A stretch of 52,403 bases of DNA, counting the filler, from Candidatus Zhuqueibacterota bacterium (GTDB lineage Bacteria; BS750m-G25): the NCBI GenBank assembly GCA_016783505.1. It is 4 parts of 4 records of this genome, joined end to end, with 100 filler letters (N's around TTAATTAATTAA, not from the genome) between each part and the next. Parts side by side here need not be neighbours in the genome. Positions count along the whole stretch, not along the records: positions 26,422 to 39,369 come from JADHWK010000062.1; positions 39,470 to 52,403 come from JADHWK010000063.1; 2 more parts are not named here. The stretch is one strand, 5' to 3'. The number at the start of each line of letters is the position of its first letter. Position 1 is the stretch's first letter. Shown here piece by piece: positions 37,595 through 46,930 of the stretch. The position numbers and the translations under genes were made by a program. The notes beneath the pieces are model-generated. The model was given only the letters and a program-made list of their open reading frames with translations. It searched no databases and was not told where the DNA came from.

Positions 37595-37882
37595 AGCCGC
37601 AATTTTGTTGCCACAAAGACACAAAGACACAAAGAGATTATAAGTTTTAAAGACAATAAGAATCCTTCTATAATTGTTATGAAGGCCAATAAGAGGGTCG
37701 AAGAGGATACGCTTGTCTTTGTAGAGGACAAGTTCGAACGGAGGTTATCCCAGTCAGAAAATATCCGAAACCAGAGCCGATCTTATCAGATGGATGTTTA
37801 TCTTTTGGGTAGGTCAGATCGGTGTCATATTTGGGAAATTGTTCGCTTTTTTTAAGTCATAATGTAAGCCAAGGGGTTTTCA

Positions 37883-39369
37883 ATGGAAGAGTTGGAAGAA
37901 AAAGAGCAAAAAGTTCATCTGTCGGAATACTTCCGTATCCTTTACCGGGGACGGTGGATTATCCTGGTGTCCTTCCTGGCGGTGGTGATCTCGACGGTCT
38001 ATTACACCTTCAATCAACGCCCTATTTATGAGGCGGTCACCACCATTCTGATCGAGGAGGCGGGCACGATGGGGAAAACCCTGTTCGGGGTGGACGCCTT
38101 CTTAACCCGGCAGACGAGGATTTCCAATCAGGTTCAGATCCTTAAGAGCCGCACCTTGGCCGAGCATGTCGTCAGATCCATGCAGAAGTCCCCTTATTGG
38201 GATAAGCTTGAACTTTTGGGCTTTAATCCGGAGTTGGGAGAGATGTCCCCAAAACCACCTGAATTCGATAACATCGTGGCCAGCCTGCGGGGGCGTATTG
38301 AAGTCTCCCCGATCCGGGACACCGACTTGATTGAGCTCAAAGTGACCGCCAATACCGCCTTTGAGTCCGCTTTCCTGGCCAATGAGACGGCCCAGGAATA
38401 CTACCGCCAGAACCGGGAGTTCGGCAAGGGGGAAATCTCTGAGGTAATCAAATTATTGGAGAGCGAACTGGATCAGATCGGTGATGACCTAACCGCTTCT
38501 GAGGAGACGTTAAAACTATACAAGGAGACAGAAAAAGTAGCCGCTTTGCCGGTGGAGACCCAGCAGTTGGTGGAACAGGTGGCTCAGTTTCAGAGCCTCT
38601 ATGAAGCGGCCAAGACCGATCTGAAGACCAGCATGACCCGCTTGAACTATCTCAAAGAACAGCTCTCGGCGCGAAAGAGTACGCTGGTAGAGGATGTCTC
38701 CAAGATCACCAACCCTTTGATCATTGAGCTGCAGGGAGAAATCGCCAGGAAGCAGACATTGATCGCCACCATAATGGGTCAGGGGATGCCGGGCTGGGAG
38801 GAGAAGGCGGCCTCCATTGAGAGGGAGATTGATCAGATCAAACAGAAGCTCATCGAGGAGATAACAAAGATCGCCGATTCGGAGTTGGCTTCCGTGGACC
38901 CCTTACGAACCTCACAGGAGATTGTAAATAAGATTTTTGAGGTTGAGGTAGACAAGCATTCATTAGAGGCCAGGGTAAACGCTTTGGAAAAGGTGGTGGA
39001 CCGGTTTGATCAGCAGTTAGAGGCTCTGCCCCAAAAGAGTTTGGAACTGGCGCGGCTGGCGCGCAACGCCAAGCTCAATGAAAAAATTTACATAATGCTT
39101 CGGGAGAAACACCAGGAATCCCAGATCACCGAGGCCGGGGTGATCGGAAACGTCCGCATCATTGACTCCGCCAAACCGCCCAAGTTTCCCATCAAACCCC
39201 GTAAAAAGCTCAACCTTATCCTGGCAACCATGGTCGGTCTCGGATTGGGTATCGGGATTTCTTTCTTAATCGAGTATTTCGACGACACGGTGAAGACCAT
39301 TGAAGACGTGGAGCGGTTAGGACTCACCATGTTGGGTTCCATCCCCAGCATTGACCCCGAAGAAATCGA
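37883..39369 (+). CDS. Wzc/GumC-type polysaccharide co-polymerase (3' truncated)
   Basis: Two TMs flanking coiled coil; QILKSR, IID.A..P..PIKP, DDTVKT.EDVE..LGSIP. Confidence 0.88.
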
Positions 39370-39469
39370 NNNNNNNNNNNNNNNNNNNNNNNNNNNNNNN
39401 NNNNNNNNNNNNNTTAATTAATTAANNNNNNNNNNNNNNNNNNNNNNNNNNNNNNNNNNNNNNNNNNNN
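39370..39469. other. Artificial contig linker
   Basis: N-run with TTAATTAATTAA. Confidence 0.98.
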
Positions 39470-40138
39470 GACGGGTTTGATCCTTTATATGATTACCCTG
39501 AACCACCTATTCCACCGGGCGGTAATTACGTACAAGTGTATTTCAATCATCCGGATTGGTTACCAGTTTTAGGCTATAAATTCAACCGGGATATACGGGA
39601 ACCCTTAGAACCCCTTGAAAGCATCTATTGGGAATTTGAAGTTGCCTCAACACCTAACGTAGAAGTTACCTTATCCTGGCCTGATATTAACGATGAAGTG
39701 CCTGAGGATTATCGAGACTTTCAACTTATCGAGGACGAAGTGGTTGTTATTGGGGATATGAGGGAAACAACCGAATATAGCTTCGTTTCTGAAGGATTGC
39801 GGCATTTTAGTATTGGGGCAACTTTGGGTATTTCAGATAGGATAATGGAAATTCCAAAGGTATATACACTTTCCCAAAATTATCCCAATCCCTTCAATCC
39901 CATAACTACCTTTAAATATGGGCTTCCTAAGCGGTCAGGGGTGAGCTTGAAGATCTATAATATCCTTGGACGAGAAGTGACTACCCTTATTGATCGAAAT
40001 CAAGAAGCCGGATACCATCAGTTTCAATGGGATGCCCGAAATCTTTCTTCAGGGATATATTTCTACAGGATTCAAGCCTATGATGTTTCGGGTTCATCCG
40101 TCTTTTCCCAGACTAGAAAGCTGGTGCTTCTAAAATAG
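39470..40138 (+). CDS. Secreted protein with T9SS type A sorting-like C-terminal domain (5' truncated)
   Basis: LSQNYPNPFNPIT...IYNILGREV...LSSGIYFYR...RKLVLLK. Confidence 0.88.
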   Translation, partial: DGFDPLYDYPEPPIPPGGNYVQVYFNHPDWLPVLGYKFNRDIREPLEPLESIYWEFEVASTPNVEVTLSWPDINDEVPEDYRDFQLIEDEVVVIGDMRETTEYSFVSEGLRHFSIGATLGISDRIMEIPKVYTLSQNYPNPFNPITTFKYGLPKRSGVSLKIYNILGREVTTLIDRNQEAGYHQFQWDARNLSSGIYFYRIQAYDVSGSSVFSQTRKLVLLK

Positions 40139-40159
40139 CTTCCATCAATCAGAAAAATC

Positions 40160-40192
40160 AAGGCCAAGGACAGATCGTCTTTGGCCTTTTTT
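40160..40192 (+). terminator. Intrinsic terminator
   Basis: AAGGCCAAGGAC / GTCTTTGGCCTT stem followed by T-run. Confidence 0.75.
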
Positions 40193-40528
40193 GTTTACTA
40201 TCCCGGATGAATAATTGTGGAATAGATCAATCTCTAAGTTTTGGATTCAGGCGATCTGATAGTAAATAAGAATTAAAAAAGGGTTGATTATTATCCCCAT
40301 AAATATTATATTCAGTAAGCTGAATGTAACTAAAAAATTATGACATAAGGAAAAATCGGATTTTCATAATCGGTCAAGTTGGTCATCAGGTAACTGGCTA
40401 ACGACTGACGCCCGACTGAAAGGTTGGTTTCTCAGGTCGGATAGGAATAAATTCCTATCCCGAAACTTCGGGATGGTAATTGATTGCCATCCGATTAAAC
40501 CGTTTTGAATTTATATAGAGAGGGAGAA

Positions 40529-41404
40529 ATGGCTCGCATTGTCAAATGTGGATTGATTCAAGCGAAGAACGATGTTCCGGTTACCGAACCCCTGGAGAAG
40601 ATTAAACAGGGGATGATGGAGAAGCATACGGAGATGATTGAACAGGCCGGAAAGCGGGGGGTTCAAATTCTATGCTTACAAGAGCTATTCACGGGTCCCT
40701 ATTTTCCCGCCGAACAGGATTCCCGATGGTACAGCATGGCGGAGAAAATTCCAGAAGGGCCCACGGTTTCCCGGCTGATGGGGTTGGCGAAGAAACATCA
40801 GATGGTCTTAGTCGTTCCCATCTATGAGGAAGGGATGACCGGGGTTTATTACAACACGGCGGCGGTGATTGACGCCGATGGGAAATACCTGGGCAAATAC
40901 CGAAAGAATCACATTCCTCACCTTCATCCGGGATTCTGGGAAAAATTCTATTTTAAACCGGGTAATCTGGGTTACCCGGTCTTTGAAACCGCCTATGCTA
41001 AGGTGGGGGTTTACATCTGCTACGACCGACACTTTCCGGAAGGAGCCCGGTTGTTGGGGCTTTACGGGGCCGAGATCATCTTTAACCCATCGGCTACGGT
41101 GGCCGGGCTTTCCGAATACCTGTGGGAGCTGGAGCAGCCGGCCTATGCGGTGGCCAACGGCTACTTCGTGGGGGCCATCAACCGGGTGGGAACCGAGGCC
41201 CCCTGGAACATTGGCGAATTCTACGGCAAGAGCTACTTCTGCGACCCCCGGGGGCAGATCGTCGCCCAGGCCAGCCGGGATAGGGATGAATTGTTAGTAG
41301 CCGATCTTAACCTGGATATGATCCAGGAGGTCCGCAATTTCTGGCAGTTCTTCCGCGACCGGAGACCGGAGACCTACTGGGATTTAGCGGAACTGCTGCC
41401 ATAA
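40529..41404 (+). CDS. Beta-ureidopropionase (nitrilase superfamily)
   Basis: Glu-Lys-Cys triad QEL, YRKNHIP, ICYDRHFPEG; FWEKFYF; ATG 40529 with GGGAG RBS; next to preA/hydA. Confidence 0.88.
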   Translation: MARIVKCGLIQAKNDVPVTEPLEKIKQGMMEKHTEMIEQAGKRGVQILCLQELFTGPYFPAEQDSRWYSMAEKIPEGPTVSRLMGLAKKHQMVLVVPIYEEGMTGVYYNTAAVIDADGKYLGKYRKNHIPHLHPGFWEKFYFKPGNLGYPVFETAYAKVGVYICYDRHFPEGARLLGLYGAEIIFNPSATVAGLSEYLWELEQPAYAVANGYFVGAINRVGTEAPWNIGEFYGKSYFCDPRGQIVAQASRDRDELLVADLNLDMIQEVRNFWQFFRDRRPETYWDLAELLP

Positions 41405-41437
41405 AAGATAGGGGCCTGGCTGGGATTGTGTCTATTA

Positions 41438-41586
41438 GAACCGATCCCGAAACTTCGGGATACGGTTCTGGACAAGATTCCGGAATGATTTCTGGGTAAT
41501 TCAAAACCGATCTAAAGATGCGGTTCTGGAAAAGATTCCAAAACATTCCCGAGAATAACCAGAACCGTCACTTTTAGTGCGGTTTT
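41438..41586. repeat. Three REP-like hairpins left of the transposase
   Basis: AACCG...CGGTT stems with related spacers; partially duplicated at 42152-42247. Confidence 0.75.
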
Positions 41587-41630
41587 CACTCATTCAAATA
41601 AATTTCTTGTTATAAGAAGGATTAAAAAAA

Positions 41631-42086
41631 ATGATCTCTAACCTTCCCCTAAGAAAAGGATATCTTCCCAAGCAATATAGAAAGAAATTTGAGACCGATT
41701 CGGATGTCTCCATTACCCATACCAGTTATGCCCTGTATTATCTTCTGAGCTGGAGCGTGAAACAGAGATTTCCTCTGATTGAGGAGGAAATCAGGGATCA
41801 GGTTGAAAAGTTGATCAACAAAAAATGTCTGGAACTTGGTGTTCACGATTTGGCCGTCGGGATAAATCCTGAACACGTCCATTCCGTCCTCAGTTTAAAA
41901 CCGAATCATTACATCCCAGAGGTAGTAAAGGAATTGAAGGGATATTCGTCTCACGAGATTAATAAAAAAGGGGAATATTTTATTGATTGGACGAGGGGCT
42001 ACGATATCAGAACGATCAGTCAGAAGAATTTGAAAGCGGCCATTCAATATGTTAAAAACCAACGAAAGCATCACCGAGATGAATGA
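41631..42086 (+). mobile_element. tnpA: IS200/IS605-family Y1 (HUH) transposase TnpA
   Basis: PEHVH HUH motif, LKGYSS, WTRGY, YVKNQ..HH; no tnpB. Confidence 0.88.
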
Positions 42087-42151
42087 GGGTGAGAAGACAA
42101 ATGAGGGATAAGCTTTAATTTATATTATGGTTGTGGATGAGTTTAGGTTCC

Positions 42152-42247
42152 GAACCGATCCCGAAACTTCGGGATACGGTTCTAGACAAGATTCCAAAAC
42201 ATTCCCGAGAATAACCAGAACCATCCCGATCATTCGGGACGGTCTCT
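42152..42247. repeat. Two REP-like hairpins right of the transposase (direct repeat of left flank)
   Basis: GAACCGATCCCGAAACTTCGGGATACGGTTCT and AAGATTCCAAAACATTCCCGAGAATAACCAGAACC shared with the left flank. Confidence 0.8.
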
Positions 42248-42289
42248 ACTGGGAGGATGAGAGGACAATATTAGTTAAGGAGACAACCC

Positions 42290-43819
42290 ATGGCGATTAT
42301 GATGGATGGTCACAGCTTAACCATTGAAAAATTATATGCGATAGCTTACGATCACGAGCTCGTCGAACTGCACCCCGAGGCGGTGAGACGGATGGAGATC
42401 TGCCGGGAGATGTTGGAGAGGAAGATCAAGGCCCGGGAGATCATGTATGGGGTCAATACCGGCATCGGGGAGTTCTCCGAGGTGATCCTAACCCCAGAGC
42501 AGGTGAAGCAATACCAACGGTATCTAATTTACAGCCATGCAGCCGGCATCGGCAAGCCGCTCCCGGAGGAAGTGGTAAGGGGGGCCATCGCCAGCCGGAT
42601 AAATGTCCACTGCCACGGTAAATCCGGGCAGCGGCCGATCGTCACCCAGACCTTCCGTGAGATGCTCAACAAGGGGGTGACGCCGGTGATGTTCGAGAAG
42701 GGTTCGGTGGGGGCTTGCGGCGATCTCTCGCCCATGGCCCAGATGGCCCTGGTGCTAATAGGGGAGGGGGAAGCCTTCTATAAAGGGGAGCGCCTGCCCG
42801 GCAAGGTGGCGATGGAGCGGGCTGGAATTCCCACTATCGTCTACGAAGCCAGGGATGGCCTGGCTGCCATCAATGGCTCCAACGTGCTCACCGCCATCGC
42901 CGCCTTCATCATCTACGAAACCGAACGCTGGTTAAAGGTTTCGGAGATCGCTGCTGCTATGACTCTTGAGGTCCTCAAAGCGAACATGAAACCCTTCGAT
43001 GTTCGGCTCCATACCGAACGGGGCTTCCGGGGGTCGGTGGTCTCGGCCGCCAACATCCTCCGGCTGACGGAGGGGAGCGAGATCTTGGCCCTGAAGGGAA
43101 AGAAGGTGCAGGATGCCTACAGCATGCGCAGCACCCCCCAGGTGACCGGCGCAGTGCGGGATGCATTAAAGTATGCCCGACAGCAGGTTGAGATCGAGCT
43201 GAACGGCGTCGGGGATAATCCCATTTTCTTGCCAGAAGACGGGGTTGTTTTGACCGGCGCCAATTTCCAGGGCACTCCGGTCTCCCTCCCCATGGAGATG
43301 GTAGGGACCGGGATTACTACCATCTGCGTGCTCTCCGAAAGACGGCTCAACCGGCTTTTAAACCCGGCTTTAAGTATGGGGCTGCCGGCCTTCCTGTCCA
43401 AGGGGGCGGGGATGTTCTCCGGTCTGATGCTCAGCCAGTACACCGCCGGCTCTCTGGTATGCGAGAATCGGATCTTATGCCATCCAGCAGCGACCGGATC
43501 GGTTCCCGCGGCGGCCGACCAGGAGGACTTTGTCAGCATGGGAATGAATACCTCGCTTAAGACCCGGCAGATACTGGACAATGCCTACGGGGTAGTGGCT
43601 ATTGAACTGATCGCCGGGGCCCAGGCCTTGGATTTTCGGAAGCCCCACCGGCCCGGAAAGGGTGTCAGGGCTGCCTATGAAGTGGTGCGCAAGCACGTGG
43701 CCTATCTTGAGGAGGACCGGCCGTTGTTCGACGACCACAACGAGATGGTGGAAGTGGTTCGCTCCGATGAGCTTTTGGAAGCGGTCGAGGACGCCGTGGG
43801 TGAACTGGAAATCTATTAA
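42290..43819 (+). CDS. Histidine ammonia-lyase-family (MIO) enzyme
   Basis: YGVNTG.G, YSHAAG, GSVGACGDL, INGS, QDAYSMR, DNP, ANFQG, QEDFVSMG. Confidence 0.88.
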   Translation: MAIMMDGHSLTIEKLYAIAYDHELVELHPEAVRRMEICREMLERKIKAREIMYGVNTGIGEFSEVILTPEQVKQYQRYLIYSHAAGIGKPLPEEVVRGAIASRINVHCHGKSGQRPIVTQTFREMLNKGVTPVMFEKGSVGACGDLSPMAQMALVLIGEGEAFYKGERLPGKVAMERAGIPTIVYEARDGLAAINGSNVLTAIAAFIIYETERWLKVSEIAAAMTLEVLKANMKPFDVRLHTERGFRGSVVSAANILRLTEGSEILALKGKKVQDAYSMRSTPQVTGAVRDALKYARQQVEIELNGVGDNPIFLPEDGVVLTGANFQGTPVSLPMEMVGTGITTICVLSERRLNRLLNPALSMGLPAFLSKGAGMFSGLMLSQYTAGSLVCENRILCHPAATGSVPAAADQEDFVSMGMNTSLKTRQILDNAYGVVAIELIAGAQALDFRKPHRPGKGVRAAYEVVRKHVAYLEEDRPLFDDHNEMVEVVRSDELLEAVEDAVGELEIY

Positions 43820-43837
43820 GTAAAAAAAAACCTATGA

Positions 43838-45040
43838 ATGATGGATATCAAAGTCAATTTCTGCGGAATATCATCCCCTAACCCCTTCTGGCTGGCCTCA
43901 GGGCCGCCGACCAATACCATGGATCAGGTCATGCGGGCCTTTGAAGCCGGATGGGGGTGTGCGGTGTGGAAGACGATAGGGGTCCCGGTCGTCAATGTCA
44001 GTCCCCGACTGGCAGCCATCACCCTGAACGATCAACGGATGGTGGGGCTGCATAACATCGAACTCATCAGCGATAGGACACTCGAGGAAAATCTAAAAGA
44101 AATTGCCGAAGTCAAAAAGGAATATCCCGATCGGGCGGTGGTGGTCTCCTTGATGGGGGAGTTCCGGCGGCAGACCTGGCATGAATTGGTTAAGAGGGCC
44201 CAGGACACGGGTTGCGATGGGCTGGAGCTGAACCTCTCCTGCCCTCATGGATTGCCCGAGCGGGGAATGGGGTCGGCTATCGGGCAGGTCCCTGAATACA
44301 CGAAGCAGATCACAGAATGGGTCAAAGAGGTCTCGGATATTCCCGTCATCGTTAAGTTAACGCCGAACATCACCGATATCCGCTTCCCGGCCCGGGCGGC
44401 GGCTCAGGGGGGGGCAGACGGGCTTTCGGCGATCAACACCATAAAAAGCATTATCGGGGTGAATCTGGATACCCTTCAGCCCCTGCCTACAGTGGAGGGC
44501 AGGTCCACCCCCGGGGGCTTAAGCGGGCCGGCGGTTAAACCCATCGTCCTGAGCATGATCACCCAACTGGCCAGGGACCCGGCACTGACCGTTCCCCTCT
44601 CGGGAATTGGGGGCATCGCCACCTGGCAGGATGCGGCGGAATTCATCCTGCTGGGCTGCACAACGGTTCAGGTGTGCACGGCAGTTATGCATTACGGCTA
44701 CCCAATCGTCGAAGATATGATTAGTGGGCTGAAAAACTATATAGCTGAAAAAGGTTTTCAGACCCCGGAAGAGATGGTGGGGCTTTGCGTCCCCAGGGTT
44801 ACCGATTGGGGAAACCTGGATCTGAACCATAAAGTCGTGGCCCGGATTAATGAAAACCTCTGCTTGAAAGATGACCTCTGCTTTGTCGCCTGCCGTGACG
44901 GGGGGCATCAGGCAATTCGTTATCCGAATAACGACCGGATTCCGGTGGTAGATGAAGAGAAATGCGTGGGGTGCAACCTGTGTTCGTTGGTCTGTCCGGT
45001 GGAGGGTTGTATTGTGATGGAAGGGGTGAATATTTGTTAG
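43838..45040 (+). CDS. preA: NAD-dependent dihydropyrimidine dehydrogenase subunit PreA
   Basis: NPFWLASGPPT, NIELISDR, LNLSCPHG, KLTPNITD, C-terminal ferredoxin CVGCNLC..VCP. Confidence 0.92.
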   Translation: MMDIKVNFCGISSPNPFWLASGPPTNTMDQVMRAFEAGWGCAVWKTIGVPVVNVSPRLAAITLNDQRMVGLHNIELISDRTLEENLKEIAEVKKEYPDRAVVVSLMGEFRRQTWHELVKRAQDTGCDGLELNLSCPHGLPERGMGSAIGQVPEYTKQITEWVKEVSDIPVIVKLTPNITDIRFPARAAAQGGADGLSAINTIKSIIGVNLDTLQPLPTVEGRSTPGGLSGPAVKPIVLSMITQLARDPALTVPLSGIGGIATWQDAAEFILLGCTTVQVCTAVMHYGYPIVEDMISGLKNYIAEKGFQTPEEMVGLCVPRVTDWGNLDLNHKVVARINENLCLKDDLCFVACRDGGHQAIRYPNNDRIPVVDEEKCVGCNLCSLVCPVEGCIVMEGVNIC

Positions 45041-45337
45041 CGAAAAGAGTATCATCCGTTCTTTCAAGGTTGAACCTTGTCGGAACGATCTTGGGAAAAG
45101 AATCCTTTACCTCCAGGTTAAAAAGTGAGGACAGAGAATTAAGGATATCTATCATGGCATAATCTGAAGGTTTTTGTAATGCTTCAATCCCAAACATTCG
45201 GGATTGAAGCAACTTTGGTGAAAAAAGTATGAGTTCGGGTGGTGAAGTGCAAAGGTTTTGCCTTTGATATGCAAAAGTAGGGCTTTTATACTCCGTCACT
45301 CCGTCTCAAGTTCAGAAATTGTTGAAAGAAATTTGTT

Positions 45338-46714
45338 ATGGATACCATCATTAAAAACGGAACTATCGTAATGGCCGGGGAGAGCTACCGGGCTGACATA
45401 GGGATTGAGGGGGGTAAAATCATCGCCCTTGGGGAGCATTTGTTCGATCCTTCGGCAAAAGTAATTGACGCCGATTGGAAGTACATTTTTCCCGGGGCCA
45501 TTGACCCCCACGTCCATTTCCAACTACCTTTCTGCGGCACCGTATCCGCCGATGACTTCGAGAACGGAACCAAGGCGGCCGCCTGTGGGGGGGTGACCAC
45601 GGTGATTGATTTCGCTATTCAGAAAAAGGGGGAATCCCTGATGAAGGCCATCGAGGCCCGGCGGGCTGAGGCCGATGGTAAGGTCTGCGTGGACTATGCC
45701 CTCCACTCCGTTCCCACCGACTGGAACGAGGCCACCAAAGAGGAGATGAAGGCGGTCATTGATTACGGTATTCCTACCTTTAAGATGTTTATGATCTACG
45801 CCAAGGAGGGGTTGATCTCTAATGATGACGCTTTGTTCGAGGGCCTGGAGGTAGCTGCTGAGTATGGGGGTCAGATCGGGGTCCATGCCGAATCGGTTCG
45901 GGTTCTGGACAAATTGATTGAACGATACCACAATGAGGCGGACATGAAAAAGTATGGGGCTTACCTGCACGTACTGTCCCGGCCCAACTTCATCGAGGCC
46001 GAGGCGGTCCAGCGGGCTATAAAGTGGTCGCAGGTAACCGGGGGAAGGCTCTACATCGTCCACTTATCCACCAAGGAGGGGGCGGAACTGGTCAAACGGG
46101 CCCGCCATCATGGGCTGAACGTCTATGCCGAAACCTGTCCCCAGTATTTGCTTTTGGACGATGAGGTCTTCAAAAGACCCAATGGACACCTTTTTGCCAC
46201 CTGTCCCCAGATCAAGAAAAAAGAAGATTCAGAAGCTCTATGGCAGGGGTTGGCGAAGGGATACCTTTCCAACGTGGCCACGGACACCTGTACCTTCGAT
46301 ACTAAGCAAAAAGCGATGTGGGAAGGGGATTTCACCAAAATTCCCTTCGGGTTGCCGGGGGTGGAGACGATGCTCTCATTGATGTACACCTTTGGAGTTG
46401 GTGGTGGGCGCTTTTCGGTCAACCGGCTGGTGGCCCTGACGAGCACCAATGCGGCTAAACTGATGGGGATGTTTCCCCGCAAGGGGGCTATTACGGTGGG
46501 GTCAGACGCCGATCTGGTCATCTTCGACCCGAACAAAGATGTTACCCTGACCTATAAGGATCTTCAGACTAACTGCGACTGGTCACCCTATGAAGGGATG
46601 AAGCTGAAAGGCTATCCTGAGGTAACCCTCTGCCGGGGCAAAGTAATAGCCGGGGGAGGAAAGTTTGTGGGTCAAACGGGATATGGAAGGTTTGTAAAAA
46701 GAGAACCGGTGTAG
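45338..46714 (+). CDS. hydA: Dihydropyrimidinase
   Basis: PGAIDPHVH, GGVTTVIDF, FKMF, HAE, YIVHLS, ETCPQY, G.PGVE. Confidence 0.9.
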   Translation: MDTIIKNGTIVMAGESYRADIGIEGGKIIALGEHLFDPSAKVIDADWKYIFPGAIDPHVHFQLPFCGTVSADDFENGTKAAACGGVTTVIDFAIQKKGESLMKAIEARRAEADGKVCVDYALHSVPTDWNEATKEEMKAVIDYGIPTFKMFMIYAKEGLISNDDALFEGLEVAAEYGGQIGVHAESVRVLDKLIERYHNEADMKKYGAYLHVLSRPNFIEAEAVQRAIKWSQVTGGRLYIVHLSTKEGAELVKRARHHGLNVYAETCPQYLLLDDEVFKRPNGHLFATCPQIKKKEDSEALWQGLAKGYLSNVATDTCTFDTKQKAMWEGDFTKIPFGLPGVETMLSLMYTFGVGGGRFSVNRLVALTSTNAAKLMGMFPRKGAITVGSDADLVIFDPNKDVTLTYKDLQTNCDWSPYEGMKLKGYPEVTLCRGKVIAGGGKFVGQTGYGRFVKREPV

Positions 46715-46800
46715 CCGCACTCCTAAGGCTCGGGGTGCGGAGGCAGAAACCAATCAATCATATTTTCGTCACCATCCGCAGACATAAAGCCTGCGGCTAC
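46711..46800. repeat. GTAG-type REP inverted pair (REPIN-like)
   Basis: GTAGCCGCA...TGCGG and CCGCA...TGCGGCTAC. Confidence 0.7.
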
Positions 46801-46930
46801 TTTTCTGGAATAGGGTTTTGTAAATGACGGAAATTTTTTCCTTGCATTAAAAATATAGGATAATTATATTAATGGTAAATTGCCGCTTAGGCGGACGATG
46901 AGATTGGCCCCAATGGAAAAAGGAGAATTA

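Noticed and set aside
41438-42247. CRISPR array
   Set aside because: Repeats are variable hairpins with shared rather than unique spacers, they flank a Y1 transposase, and no cas genes are present.
44847-45299. 150-aa minus-strand ORF, plus the many other antisense or shifted ORFs in the track
   Set aside because: They overlap well-supported genes, lack motifs, and this one runs through a palindromic repeat.
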